Shown: positions 13,491 through 26,800 of the stretch, one piece after another | How positions within the stretch are numbered: position 1 is the stretch's first letter | How the letters are laid out: each line of letters starts with the position of its first letter | Assembly (NCBI RefSeq): GCF_001194135.2 | Contig: NC_068985.1 | Span: forward strand, 68,099,960-68,163,959 | Origin: Octopus bimaculoides | Taxonomy: Eukaryota | Direction: 5' to 3' | Length of the DNA: 64,000 bases | Position numbers and translations under genes: made by a program | Notes under the pieces: model-generated | What the model saw: the letters and a program-made list of their open reading frames with translations, nothing else | Told to the model about the DNA's origin: nothing | The model's database searches: none

Positions 13491-13689
13491 GAATTTGATG
13501 CTTATTCTCTCATCAATGATTTTACACGCGCACACACATAATATTTTACCACTGTCTCGATCACACCTCCTGTGCACTCTTCACTGCTTGTCACAATTCG
13601 CTTCTTGTCTGTGTTGTAGCTTCCGAATGGCACCACTCCGCAGCCTACGGCACCAGATTAACATTGCTCTTGAACGGAGCGGAACACCA

Positions 13690-13839
13690 GTCTGTCGCCA
13701 GGTTACCCATTTACATCTGAAAGAACTGGAGCAATGTGAATTGATGTATTTTGCTCGATAACACAAATCAGTGCCGACTTAGGAATCGAAACCCCGATCT
13801 TGCGATCAAGAGTGTAACACCCTAAGAGTTATGCCACGC
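13690..13839 (-). mobile_element. tRNA-derived SINE (head plus core domain)
   Basis: Minus strand has an A-box-like GTGGCATAAC..TAGG and a B-box-like GGTTTCGATTCC, followed by a CACATTGCTCCAG..AAATGGGTAACC core. Confidence 0.7.
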
Positions 13840-13908
13840 AAACTTCATATACAAATATATGTATACACATGTATGCATTCATATATACATATACTTATAT
13901 ATGTATGT

Positions 13909-13952
<44 letters not shown>

Positions 13953-16072
13953 NNNNNNNNNNTGTGTGTGAGTGTGTGTGTATGTGTGTGTGTGTTAGTG
14001 TACAAACGCTCTGTTCCCTAGTGGAGATGTTACAATTTTTGAGAAACTTTTCAAGTGAATTTAGATAAATTTTGCTTTCAGCGGCTTTAATCAAATAATA
14101 AACACACAAAGTTACTCTGAGCTATACTTAGTTTAAGCATAATTATAAAATAATATATCGTGTTAAATCAGATAATTCGCCTTCAAATTGATTGTTAAGT
14201 TTGAGTTTCTGTATTGAATGAACAATAACATCAATATCATTTGACCAAACAATTTGATGATACCTGTTATCCATGTATCAGACAGCTGGATATATTATAT
14301 TCTTTATTCTGCATACCACTATAAAACAATATGAATTATTCTTTTATGAGTTATACGTCTTTTAATTCTGACTGAATCGTTGTTAGGTTATAGCGCGCTG
14401 CATTTCATAATGTTAATCAGTTTGTACCCGTAAAGTCGCAAACATGATGACTTACTGTGGTGCATCGCCAACCAAAACTTGCATTATATTATCAAACTGG
14501 GCATTTTTCTACTTTCCTCAGACGAGTGCACTTGATTCATATCGAAAGTATGTCACTTTTTTGCTGAGACATACTGCATCAGTAAATATGGTTGCGCAAA
14601 CAGAAATCTCAGGATTTCGCCTATAAAATATGAGTGATACTAAAAAAGAACAGAAAAACAGAAATAATAGCAGAGTAAAATATGCAAATCTGGTTGTTTT
14701 TGACAGAATATAATTTTTATTCATTAATATATTCAATAGATATTGTAGCTTGCAGAGCGCCATAGAAATTACGTTGTGATACGTTGCTGCTTATATGCAC
14801 GTGCTAATTCAAATCGACAGGTATTGATAATTAATTTTATCCTTCCTGGATCGATAAAATGAATACTAATTACTGTGATTTAATAAGTCGACAAAATGCA
14901 TTCTAGAAAATGTACGTTCTTGCCTTAGAAATAATTATTTATATAAGTATATTTTCGGATTTTTTTTCCGAAACGAGTACACATGATTTGAGCAGTTTAT
15001 TATTATCTTTGCTACTAAAGATACTTAGATATAAATGTTAGTTTTCTATGTGCAACAAATAAATTTTTAATTGTCATTAAAAATACTGAGAAAAGGTAGA
15101 AGTATTACAGACTCTATTATAATACAATTCCATCATGCTCTATTAGAATATTAGAGCTACGTATATATCTTTCTATTTTTCTTTTCTGATTACTTACTTT
15201 CTTTCGCAATTTAATAACTTTTCAAAACATTACAATATAAAATATACCCCAAACACTTCCAAGTTGTTTCTAAATGTATACCCATTAACTCTGTAATGTT
15301 CGTTTATATTTATCATAGGTGGAATGCAATACATTCAGTTATTTTAGAGTTACGGTCCGAGATCATAATCTGGGAACTGTTCTTTAAAGAGAATCTACTA
15401 AATGTCAGTCTATTTTCTTACTGAAAGGATTGTATTAAAGTGTAACACTTAATCACTCATTGCTAGAACATTGGATTTCGTTATCAATGCTTCACTGATC
15501 TGAAAACAGATAACATACTTTTGAAAATGTGTTCTTCATTCCTTTTCCTATACATTTCTTCGTGTTCAATTCACTGATGCTTGTTCCCTTTCTTCTGTCC
15601 ATTATTATGACTTGCCTGAGGCATCACACCAATTTAAGAACTAATACATCGTATTTTATATAATACCTACAATCAGTGTTTCAAAGTTTGTAACTATAAG
15701 GTGAAAGAGCTCTGTAGTGTGTGAAGAATTTCAACATGAAGACCAATTGTTGTATTTTCGCTTTCTATTGTTGTCTCTATACAGACAAGAGATATTGTCG
15801 GTGAACTTCTATGGGAAGAACAACAACAATACGTTCCCGGAGCTTTGCGCAAAACATAACAACAAAACTCTTTAGCGAATTGGACTGTAATTCTTTCGCC
15901 GTTTGTAACATTATTGTAATATTTGGGAAATGTTTGCAATGTATTGTTGTTGAGTAAAAAATATACATATATAGACATAAGAATATATATATAAGAATTC
16001 TTTGAACGCTCTGATTCAGTTCTTATAAGAATTAAGTTTATTTCAACAGGCCAAAAGAATAAGAAGCAGTCT

Positions 16073-16144
<72 letters not shown>
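16073..16144. repeat. (GTA)n trinucleotide microsatellite, ~24 units
   Basis: Direct reading. It produces the poly-T and poly-L ORF artefacts. Confidence 0.97.
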
Positions 16145-16981
16145 AACGAATTCTCAAAAATGGCTGAAATAATGAATAAATGGATGAATGAAGGACAAAG
16201 GGAAACAAGTAGTGAATAGTGTTCATGATGGAATAGATAAAAGCACCGGATTAGCAAGTAGACATGTATTGTGACCCAAACATGATTTCATTAAATGGCA
16301 GATTTTAAAATGTTTGTGAACGAAGGTGAACAAAAGGGAAAAGTACCTAAAGAGAGAGCTGTATTTACAGAGAGGGATAGAAAAAGAAGAAAAAAATTAA
16401 CCACAAATACAGAGAAAACACAAGTAGTTTGATTACTGCTTGAATCTATTTGCTTCTTTCTACTTTATTCTTTAGTTTCTTATTCTATACACTTTTTCGC
16501 CTTGAACAAACTATTCATTTAGCAAAATGTATAATGAAAATAGTCTTCTTTAATTGCCATTCCTTGCCCACTGTAAGCAGTGGCATTCAAGTTCCACTGA
16601 AATTTGTAATGTCCCTTGTTTATTCACATTTGTTCTTTTTTTCTTCTTTGTCCTCTTCTTTACTTATCTTTGTTTCGTCGCCTCCTTCTCCTCCCCTCTC
16701 CCCCTCCTGAAAGGGCAGAATCGTGAAGCTGTTGAACATAATTCAATGAGAGCAAGATGAAATTCTTGCTCTCTTTGTTGTGAGTTCAAGTCGTACTCAG
16801 TTTCAATTTGCCATTCATCCTTTTAGGGTCACTAGGTATGAAGCGGGGTCCATGACATCTAATTACTTTAAAATTGCTATACTTTTGCCTATATATCGTG
16901 TTTTGTTAAGACTGGACGGCAGGGATCCCAGTAATCTACACGAAACGATCAGATTTTATGTAACATGCAATCTTACTGACC

Positions 16982-17800
16982 TTTCAAGCAATTCGTAATG
17001 GATAATCATCCCTTCCCAGTCCCACCATACGCACAATATCGTTTTACGCGGATGAAGGTCTTGTTTCTCGCCCGGTGTCGCTTGTTTACCGAGGCTAATC
17101 TATTCCTAATGCTGCTTCATATTGATGTATAAGTACCATTTTTCGTCGCCAGTAACGATTCGGTAAAGAAATCGTTGCTTGTGTCCATGAGTTGAACGGT
17201 GACGAGCGAGCAAACCAGAGATTTTGGCTCGTTGAGTATTGTTCTTGTCAGTTAAAGAATGCGAAACACATGCCCCATACTTCTGAACCTTTCCCATTGA
17301 GTGAAGATGCTTCTCTACAGCAGTGTGGGAGCATTCCATTTTCTCTGCCAGTTCCCTTGTCGTTTAACGAGAATTTTCGCGCAAAAGTTGGTTTAATCGC
17401 TCTTCATCGAACTCAACTGGACGGCCAGAACGAGGTGCGTGTCTGAGGTCAAAATTTCCTTTTTCGAACTTGGCATACCAATCACGAGTGATTCTTTCAG
17501 CTATGGCACCCTCTCCATACACAACACATATGTCGTGAGCAACTTTTGCGACATTAGCACCTTGATTAAAAGCAAAAAGAAGGATGTGTCGAGAATGCTC
17601 ATTCTTCTTAACTTGACATTACATTTCAATCATCTGAAAATAAACAAGCATTAACTAAAATTAACTAGGAAAAAACAAAATATATTCCAAAATGATGAAA
17701 AAATGGTATTCTCAAAAAGAAAAAAATTGATTCCAAAATTTAAAACCCAATAAATTCCCCCAAAATTAAAAAAACGGCGGGTACTCAGTTGCCAAACCAA
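16982..17800 (-). mobile_element. Mariner, 5' half only (same family as 4375-5605)
   Basis: TIR TTGGTTTGGCAACTGAGTACCCGCCG with TA at 17801-17802. ORF MECSHTAVEKHLHSMGKVQKYG...TGDEKW, truncated just after WWDWEG/IIHYELL. Confidence 0.93.
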
Positions 17801-17804
17801 TAAC

Positions 17805-18409
17805 AATAACACTGCCCTTGATGCAGTACCAGGCAGTGTCTTTCATGGTCTCTGATTTTAAATGATTTGATGCGTTATCATGTATATATTGTCTCGGGTT
17901 AAAATATGGGCTACAGCAAATATTCTGCTCAATACTAGAGATTTGCTTGTTAGTTTCTTGGCCTTCATAAGTTAAGCATGTCCCTTAGTGACTGACAATA
18001 TCAGTATATCTGATCACGTGCAGGAGCTGTAGGGGAATATCATAGCCATGTGCTGAAAGGAAATCTTTGAGGTTTGAGTAATTCACACCTGGAAACATGG
18101 ACATTTTGTTCGCCATACTTAAACAAGCCTTATTCGGGAGCTTTTTGAGCGGAATGTGCTACTCGACCTAAAGAAAATTGTAACTGAGCCCCATGTGAAA
18201 GTTCATGCACTATTTATCTTGATATGAGATGTATGGTTGTGCATGTATGGTTGCGCATGTCGCGCATGTATGATTGTGATGCATATGCCTGCTAAACACT
18301 TATTAGACGGGTAGTCATGATGTGTCGATTGGGCTTCGTATGTTTGTACCCCAGTTTCACTTTGATGGCATGCATTTCTCTCTCACACAAAAACAACAAC
18401 AACAACAAC
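17805..18409. mobile_element. ~600-bp interspersed repeat bracketed by AAC/AAT triplet runs
   Basis: AATAACAATAAC on the left and (AAC)6 on the right. The internal sequence matches my recollection of an abundant octopus repeat, which I cannot verify here. Confidence 0.45.
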
Positions 18410-20726
18410 CGTGGAGAGCTTTGTTGATCAATAATTGATTTAAACACACCTATGAAATGTTGACCAAACTTTATATTCGTATCTCTGTTGTCAATATGCC
18501 TCCCGAACACTCTTCTGTTCCTCTGGCTTTTCGTAGCCAAAACACCAAACACAGCGGCTAGACAACTGTAGGTGTTCACAATAACGAAATAGGTAATCAA
18601 TACAGCAAAAATCGAAAACCTAGACGTCCCAAAATATGACATGATTCCCAACTTCTGGTTAAGTTATTTGACTAGCTATATAAGATGCTTGCAGAAAAGC
18701 TTAATGAGATTTTGACGTAGCCAAATACAAGAGATTGGCTCACAGGGTGGAGAAACATCCCAAATTGTCAAATCTAGAGAAACTACAAAATTTGAAAACT
18801 TGAGACCTATTAGATGTATTCTTAGAACCAACATAGTCTTGACAGCAATAAATTGTAAGGACTAAACAAACATCCCAAGGAAGACAAGCTGTTTTGCAGA
18901 AGTGTAGATGGATGGCTACAAAATGTCATATCGCTGTATATATCAATAATTGAATTAAAGTTATAGAGGAAGACGGCCAAAGGACAAAGAAGTGCATACA
19001 TAGTTACTTTTAAAATTTAGTATGATATTTTACTTTGAAATTTTGCTTTTTATGCGATGTTACTGAATAATTATAATAATTCAAAACTGCTTTTAACGGT
19101 GTTGGTATTCGGTTCTATCACACCATATGAAGAGAATTTTCTATCTTTTGTGTGATATTCCCTCTGGTCTTCCTATCTCTTCTGATATTTTCGCGACGCC
19201 TTCCGGGATAAATTATTCTGGTCCGTGTCGACATGTATTCTTACTACTAGGTTACTATAAGAATTTTCTAGGTTTGTTCTGAACTTCTGCCCCTGTAATA
19301 ATCGGCACTATCATGAACTTGTTTATTTCTGTGATACAATGCTTACTTTTTATCACAAGTTAGTATGATACTTTACTTTCTCTCTTTTATTCTAGTGTCA
19401 AATGGCCATGACAAGTAGATTACAACTCACAGCCTTTTTTTCTTGCTGGAGACTACAATAGATGTAGGTTGGTGTAGGAACGCACCATCGTAACCCCATC
19501 ATTTTTAGGACTAACTGTATTATTCTCACGAAATAGTGATAGCATTTTTTTTACACAGTGAAATTAATTTGTCGCAAACGCAATTCTTTTAATAAATTTT
19601 GTTATTTTGTTTTCTTTACACGCATATTGCAAATTAATGCCCCATTTACCTGCTCTCCTCGTATTTGAATTTAAGCTTTGATAAAAACATATTGCTTTGG
19701 TGTGTTCAATATAAACTCAGTCTATGATTTACTCTAAACCTCTTGGAAAACTGATCCAATTCATTCCTAATGAAATTATGGAAATATTTAACTATTCATT
19801 CTTTCTAAAACATCTGAACCGTTAACTTCGACAATATTTTTAATATAATCGGGAAACTAGCAAAAGTAATCACATTTCCTTATCATAATTCTCTAGACGC
19901 CGGATAAATTCGCGCATCGCGAAATAATATCACGATCAAGAACTGCATTACCTTTATTAAGATGAAATGAAAAGCAAACAGATTTTTTGGTCAATTATAA
20001 TTTCGTTACTTATTGGTTTTGAACTTTCCAAAAGTACATAATGAAGACACTGTAAAATGTTTCTTTTTTTTTTTCATTCGGAATACTATCAATAATGTGA
20101 AGTAAATATTCTCTATATTTCAATAATGAAATTAAACAAATATGTCACGTACTACTGAAATTAATAACCATATAAATAATTTTGTATTAAATAGATCACG
20201 AAAATGTTGTCAATTGAAATGACATTGCTTGCACACGATATAATGAAAGCCCTTGAAATTAATCATTTCTCTTTTCTAATTTACACCGACATAGACATCG
20301 AGCTTTCAATCACTCGAAATGAAATTATATCTATTTTTTTATAATTTTGATTCATTTTCTGATTGCCATTACTTTTCACTTCTTTCTCTTAGTCTCTATC
20401 CACTTCTTACTTGACTGCTCTCTTGTGTGATACATACACAAATCTCTCTCACTCACGCTTCGTGTGTGCGCGTGTATTTGAGTAGGCACGCGTGTGCGTG
20501 TGTGATTGAACCTTAAATGTTTCAACGATGAGCATTCAATTGCTCCATCAACAGAATTGCATGCCTGTTAATTTAATGCATAAATGATTGTGTAATTCAT
20601 ACATATATGAAATTAAATCGTAAGTCTCAGGCCAGAACAGAGTAACACTGTATGGTAAGTCTGAAGCTTTAAGTTACATATGCAATCATTACAAAGTGCT
20701 TATACTCACTTCATCCCCCACACACG

Positions 20727-20782
<56 letters not shown>

Positions 20783-20844
20783 AACAAACAAACATACTTA
20801 AAGACATACGCATAACCTCGTGCAAATACATATACGTTTATGTA

Positions 20845-21093
20845 TTGGGTTGGTGCATAATTATTGTGGCTTTTTTTTCAACAAACTTTATTCAACAAAA
20901 ACAAAAATAACATTAACAAAAACACCTTTAAATGATTATTCCGGAGCATACTCACCATTTACTTCAATTACTGCTTCCCATTTGCTTGGCGGACGGTCAG
21001 ACCGTCTTTTAAAGTTGTTTTTTGTTAAATATTGTTATTGTTTTTGCTGAATAAAAATTGTTGAAAAAAGGCAATAATCATGCACCAACCCAA
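20845..21093. mobile_element. Mariner MITE, 249 bp, ~90-bp inverted arms, TA target duplication
   Basis: TA-TTGGGTTGGTGCATAATTATTG ... CAATAATCATGCACCAACCCAA-TA. The centre encodes the transposase C-terminus PSKWEAVIEVNGEYAPE* on -. Confidence 0.93.
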
Positions 21094-21262
21094 TATATAC
21101 ATGTTTAGATGAAAAAAAAAATTAATAAATACATCGATAAATAAGTACGTAACAATGGGCTGAAAAATATATCACACGGTACAGGACTGTATATACATGC
21201 ACATTCACTTACACACAAACACAGGCACACACACATACACACATACATATGTCAGTATGTAT

Positions 21263-23460
21263 GTGTCGTCGTCGTCTGTCCGGGTAGGACTTGATGCGCC
21301 TGCGGTTGAGAGCCGTGCATTCCGTAGCATAGAGGAGTCGAGGGAGCACTACAGCACTGTACATCTTTATCTTCGTGCTGCTTGCAATGTCATGATAGCT
21401 CCCTTGACGCTTCTCAAGGGAGCCAAAACCTTTGTGTCAGAATGTATTTCCTTCTCAACTTTGACGTCAGAAGAGTTGGTACAAGTCACTGCGCTGCCGT
21501 GGTAGATTGCGCTGCCGAGGTATATTAGGGGCTCACCGTCTACTGACACTGGCTCGGAGTCTTTTGACCTATTAGGACGTCTTAGAGGGAGCTGGTAGAG
21601 TAGCTCCGTCTTCGAAGTGTTCATCTTGAGAACAAACATGCCTGCTGCACAAGAAAAATGACCATGAGCGCTGAGTCACATGGATAGAGCAGTTCACTGA
21701 AACACATCTCTGATTTGGGTGGAGGAGTTGAAGAAATTTCCATCTGTTCAAGGGCGGATGAAAACCTTTTGTGCAAATTAACCCTCATAATTCCAAGCAC
21801 AGCTGCGAGGTAAAAAGACCAGAGTGCGGCAGCAAGCACGCACCCATGCTTCACTACGTTCTCTGCTAATTAAGATTAGTCCTTTCATTCATGTGTTAAT
21901 GATGTTAACAAGCTCCTCAGGGAATCCATAATTCTGACATTTTCCGGAGAGTTTCTCGGTCCACGGTGTCAAATACCTTCGGAAAAGCCACAAACATCAC
22001 GAAGAGAAGTCGGTGTTGCTCTGCTGTTTTCTCCTGTGGCTGCGGCAGTGTGAAGATCATATCCATGGTTGATCCACTTGGCCTGAAGCCACGTTAACCC
22101 TTTGGTAAGACTGCTCTGAGATGTTTTTTCATCCGATTGAGAATGGCTTTTGTTTTCCCCTTGCCAGTAATGGTCAGCAGAGAAATGTTCTGGTGATTCC
22201 CATAATGTGCTCGATCCTCCTTTATTTTGTAAATGGTGGCTATCAGGGTGTCCTTTGAAGTCTTGGGTTACGCAATCATTAGAAAGTCAAGTGTTGTACA
22301 GTCTCAACAGCTCATTATGGGGCTTTTGCCTACCTTGTTTCAGCACGTCTGAACGACTGTCATCCAGGCTTGGTGCGTTGTAACTTGCCGTGGCCTTCAA
22401 AGTTTTCTCCAATTCCTGCATAGTGATCCCATGTCAGCAGTCATCTCGGTTCTGGTGTCACTCTAGCCATTTGCAGACGTCTGGATGGGCGGATCCTTGC
22501 TGATTGAGCAGGCTACATAAAGGTTCCCTTCACTTAGTTCACATCCCTTGGAAGTCGGTGTGCTGTTTTCTCTCGTCTTCTGACTTGATCAGTGACACAG
22601 CGTTGTTCCTAGAGCCATAGAAAGCTTTCAGTCCCACAAACAGGTGTAGAAGTCGTACTGGTAGGCCATGGCCTGCAAAGCTTCTGCTTGCCAGTGCCAC
22701 CAGTCGTTTTTCAGAGAACTTCTTCTTTCTGCTCTTTGTATTGATTTCACCGCAAGCAAACCTGTTCCTCTCCGAGTTCTCCTAGAGATGTCGCTGGTGT
22801 AGGAGTTGCTTTTTGTCTAGCAGGTTTTGGATCTCCTCTCCGTGCTTCCAGAATCAAGCGGGTGTTTAATTCTGAAAGGGCGCTAGGCTATCCCTCGCAA
22901 CGGAAAAAGGCTGCCTTCTTTAACGTCTGCCAATGATCCTCAATGTCATCCATTTCCTCTGAGTTGAATATCATACCTACGACCGCGGCTGTGATGGCAG
23001 TATTTAGTCTCGGATAGTGTCGCATTTGCTACCTTGCTTATGTCAAGTTTCTCTAGTTTGTGCTTGTTCAGTTTTTTCTCCACGTCAGATTGATCCTGAA
23101 TCTAATCCGACTCCTCACGAGTCGATGGCGTTCGTGCACAGGATCGCCCGCAGCCTAGTTTTCCGTGTAACGGCATAGCACAGCAGTTCATTTTGGCCAA
23201 ACCGAAGGTGTTACTGCATGAAATAATTCTTGCCGGGCTTATCAAATAACGTGTTGGTGACACAGAGCTCTTGGTGTTCACAAACTTTCAGCAGGAGGTC
23301 TCCATTCTTGTTCTTTTTGCCCTTGCTAAACTTGACGATGATGACTGCAACTTGACTTGTCTTCGTGGGGAACTTTACCTACAGTCCTTTTCAGCTCTTG
23401 GTAGAATGTCTCATTCTCCCCTGCTGGGTAAGTCATTGTTAGAGCAGTCTTTTGACGATC
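21263..23460 (-). mobile_element. RTE-clade LINE remnant (endonuclease C-terminal half + RT), decayed
   Basis: Minus-strand motifs: ETFYQEL, LCVTNTLF, IATIYK, FPKVFDTV, KHGCVLA, ELLYPCDSAL, LIYLGSA, KMYSAVVLPRLLYATE. Confidence 0.88.
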
Positions 23461-23499
23461 TTTTTGACAAAAAACACGATTACGGACACAATATTTGTA

Positions 23500-23835
23500 G
23501 TAACGTTACTTGATTGAGAGTATAGCTCAGAGATCAGAGAGGCGCTCCAGATAGAGTCACTATTTCTCCGAAGTGAGAGATACAGCTCCGATACTAGAGG
23601 CATGTAAGAATATCATGAGGTAAAATCACTCGACAGCTTTTACAGGCAACCAACCGGTAGGCGATCCAGAAGTAAACCACGAGCAAGATGTTGAATAACA
23701 TTCATGAGCGAGTTTGGTCTCGTTTGGATATCCAGCCAAATCAGTTGGAGACAGTTGCTTCTGACAGGATCGATGAAAGGCGTACTTGAGCATTCTTCTC
23801 CCACGACCCTCCCATGAACAAGTGGGAAAAGAGGA
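23500..23835 (+). mobile_element. 3' end of a second RTE-type LINE
   Basis: VTLLD*EYSSEIREALQIESLFLRSER...GHV...RQLLQA.PTGRRSRSKPRAR...DR...PRP, matching the C-terminal pattern of RTE ORFs. Confidence 0.7.
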
Positions 23836-26800
23836 GAAGATAGGGGCATGTGTGCGCTTGTGTGTATGTATGCACATATATGTGAGTTTGTGTATGTATG
23901 TTTTTGTGTGTATATGTGTGTATTTGAGTTTGTTTGTAGAGATGCGTGTACCTGTACGTATGTATAATATGCTGCATATTTTACCAAGCTAAAATAACTA
24001 ATTGAAGCAAATATATGTCTCGTGCAATTGGAATACCATTTTTCCTTCTGATAATTTATTTAATCATTCCAACCGGTATTAGGTATGTTCTTACAGTCAA
24101 GCTCTTCCTATAGGCCCTTCAAAATGAAATCCGACGACTATCGACCGCTGATGTAGATTTTGGTCTGTGTGTATACGAAGCAAGTATACGTAGAACGAAT
24201 TAATTGCATTTAAACTCGCATAGATAAACACAAACCCACATACCCAACGCACACATATACACACATAGGCACATACACACTCACACTCAACCACGCATAC
24301 AAATTTATATATGCCCAAACCCAATTTTAAAATTACATTCTCTTAAAGTAACACTTGGGTCAGACAAGATCAACTTAATTATGCTTCATTCAGTTTTAGT
24401 TTAATTCGGCTTCGATCGTATTCAGATTCGATGCAATCTGATTCACATTTGCTCTCCCGGTCAACTGTTTACATTTCGACGCAGTCGTCTCATTATATTT
24501 CAGTTATATATAAACCTATAATCTCTTCATTATCAACATGAGACAGTAAACTTACGTAAGTGCGTGTCAAAGAGAGAGCTTCTTCACTGTTGCTTATTCT
24601 ACTAGAAATAGCAATGAAACCCGCCTCAAATCACATCGTATTTTCTTAATATAGATGAAAGCAAAAATATTGTTCTAGATAACCTACTGTTGAATAAAAT
24701 CGAAATGATTACTGTAGAATATACTTCTGACTACTTAACTATGACATTGTGCTTAACAACATCAACAATACTGTTTCAGTTGAAGCTATCATTGGAGTGC
24801 AGGTTTGAACCTAGTTCCTTTGTGTTACTTTTAGTATTATACTTCAGAAAAGGTTGATATCGCTTATGTTCTAAAGCAATAATATGCCACATTGCCAATA
24901 ATAGTTTCTATTTGACTTTGGTTTACTCGCTGCTTGTGGTCACAATTTCATTGGGGCAATGCCAAGTGCAAATATATTTGTTTTGTGATATCTATCTTAC
25001 TCACTTCCTTTATAACAAATCATTGACTGCAATGAATTTCCAAAAATCAGTTGTTTTTTTTTATATATATTTTTGTCATTATGCATGAATCCATGTAGTT
25101 ATTTCATACAAAGTTTCGACATTAAATTCGAATACTATAAATATTCCAATGCTCTACAGCCGACTTGATGTGGACGTAAACATTTAAATAGCGCTGTAAA
25201 TTATTCTTTACTTGCATACATATTGCATACTATAATACAAGTGATCTGGCTTCATATAAGCCAGTTTTCTTCATATATGTACTAGCTTTGTCCTATCTCG
25301 AAGAAAAGTTACAGATGATTCACAATTCGTGTCCAATTACTGCGTCTATTATGAATGAAACAATTACACTTCCATAGAACATGTACTGACAAGTACGCTG
25401 AACGCTGAAGGACATCTGTATGGGTTGATAGTGAACCATTCTATGCCTGGGTTTGCATAGCTATTTGGGAAACAGACATCAGATAGACCAAGACTCTTAT
25501 TCGCTTTATAAACTCATCTCAACTAGCTGTCATAATTACATACCTGATATCAATTAAAACCATACAGAGCAGGTTTCACCAAGGGTTACGAACACACCTA
25601 CATAAAACTTTTCGATTAAGCTTCATTTATAACATTTTGTCTGTTTATAGTTATTTGGTGATATTAATAGGGATATAACTTAAATTTATTCTATTTTCTA
25701 TATGTCACAACCGGGAGATCCCTATTTTAAATGTTCTTTATCAAAGAATAAGAGCACTCTTCTAGCATCTGAGGGCACGCCCAACTCCCTACTAAAAACT
25801 ATTGCTTGGTTTTGTAATGTAACGTTTCTTTAACTAATCCTTCCAGTCACACGGCTTCAGTTGCAATCCGTAGTAAGCAGATGACAAAATCATAAACTAT
25901 TTTATTGTTCTAGTCCTCTCTGTAACAGCACATATATCAAGAGGTATCTGGATTTTGACTGAAATATCTTTCCTGTTCTGTAACTGCCTATTTGTATATA
26001 TCAAAAACGTATTTTTTGCAAAACTTTATTCTCTTTGAAGAACTATCGAGGCAGACAATAAATATTTAAATTATTTTCATTGCTTTCGGAAGCAATATCT
26101 AAAGATATTATTAAAAATTGTTACCTAGGACAATGTAACAGAGATTTATGTATTTGAAGAAATATCACAACTGGTTTTAACACACTGAATTATGTCAGTA
26201 GAATACTATTCAAGCATTCAGCTAATACAGCTATTTAAATTTATCGGTTTTATGACCAACCCAGCTGCGTGTACATGACTCACAGAGTGTTCAAGTAACG
26301 CTACGGTAAATGTCAAACAAATAATAAAAAAAAAGAAATATATTTTACAAGAATTTGCTGCTGAAGTAAAGTATCACACGATATTTAAAAGAAAACTAAG
26401 AAAACTATATACAGTTAATTCTTGTTTGTATCTATACATGGCATTTTTAAAGTATATGCACATAAATATCTGTACACACACACATACACGCGCGCGCGCG
26501 TGCATCAAAATGAATATGTGTGTTTTAAGTGTACGTTTTTCAGAAGGTATATGTTTGTGTGTGTTGGTCTTAACCACCTCACGCATTAGAAATGCTTAAT
26601 GAAGAGAGTAGGTTGGAAACTAGCGGAAGAAATACAAGAACTGCCAAAAGCAGAGGAACTCAATGTAGAAACAACAAAGCTGAAGTACTCACGTTGAAAC
26701 ACATCCTCTTCTCTAAGACTTAAAGGTAGAGGAGGCAAACATCTATTTAGAGCAGCAATGTAGGAGATGGAAAACGTTTGAAGCTCTTCAAGTAGACTGG

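Noticed and set aside
14520-15880. Plus-strand candidate exons (26 nt at ~14522; QEILSVNFYGKNNNNTFPELCAKHNNKTL* after the acceptor at ~15785)
   Set aside because: Splice signals are plausible, but I recognise no protein and found no consistent exon chain.
21263-23835. Twin-priming (5' inversion) model joining the minus RTE body and the plus RTE tail
   Set aside because: The geometry fits, but the motifs point to different RTE subfamilies (BovB-like VVLPRLLY versus an SSEIREAL..E.L.LR..R type tail). Two independent insertions are more likely.
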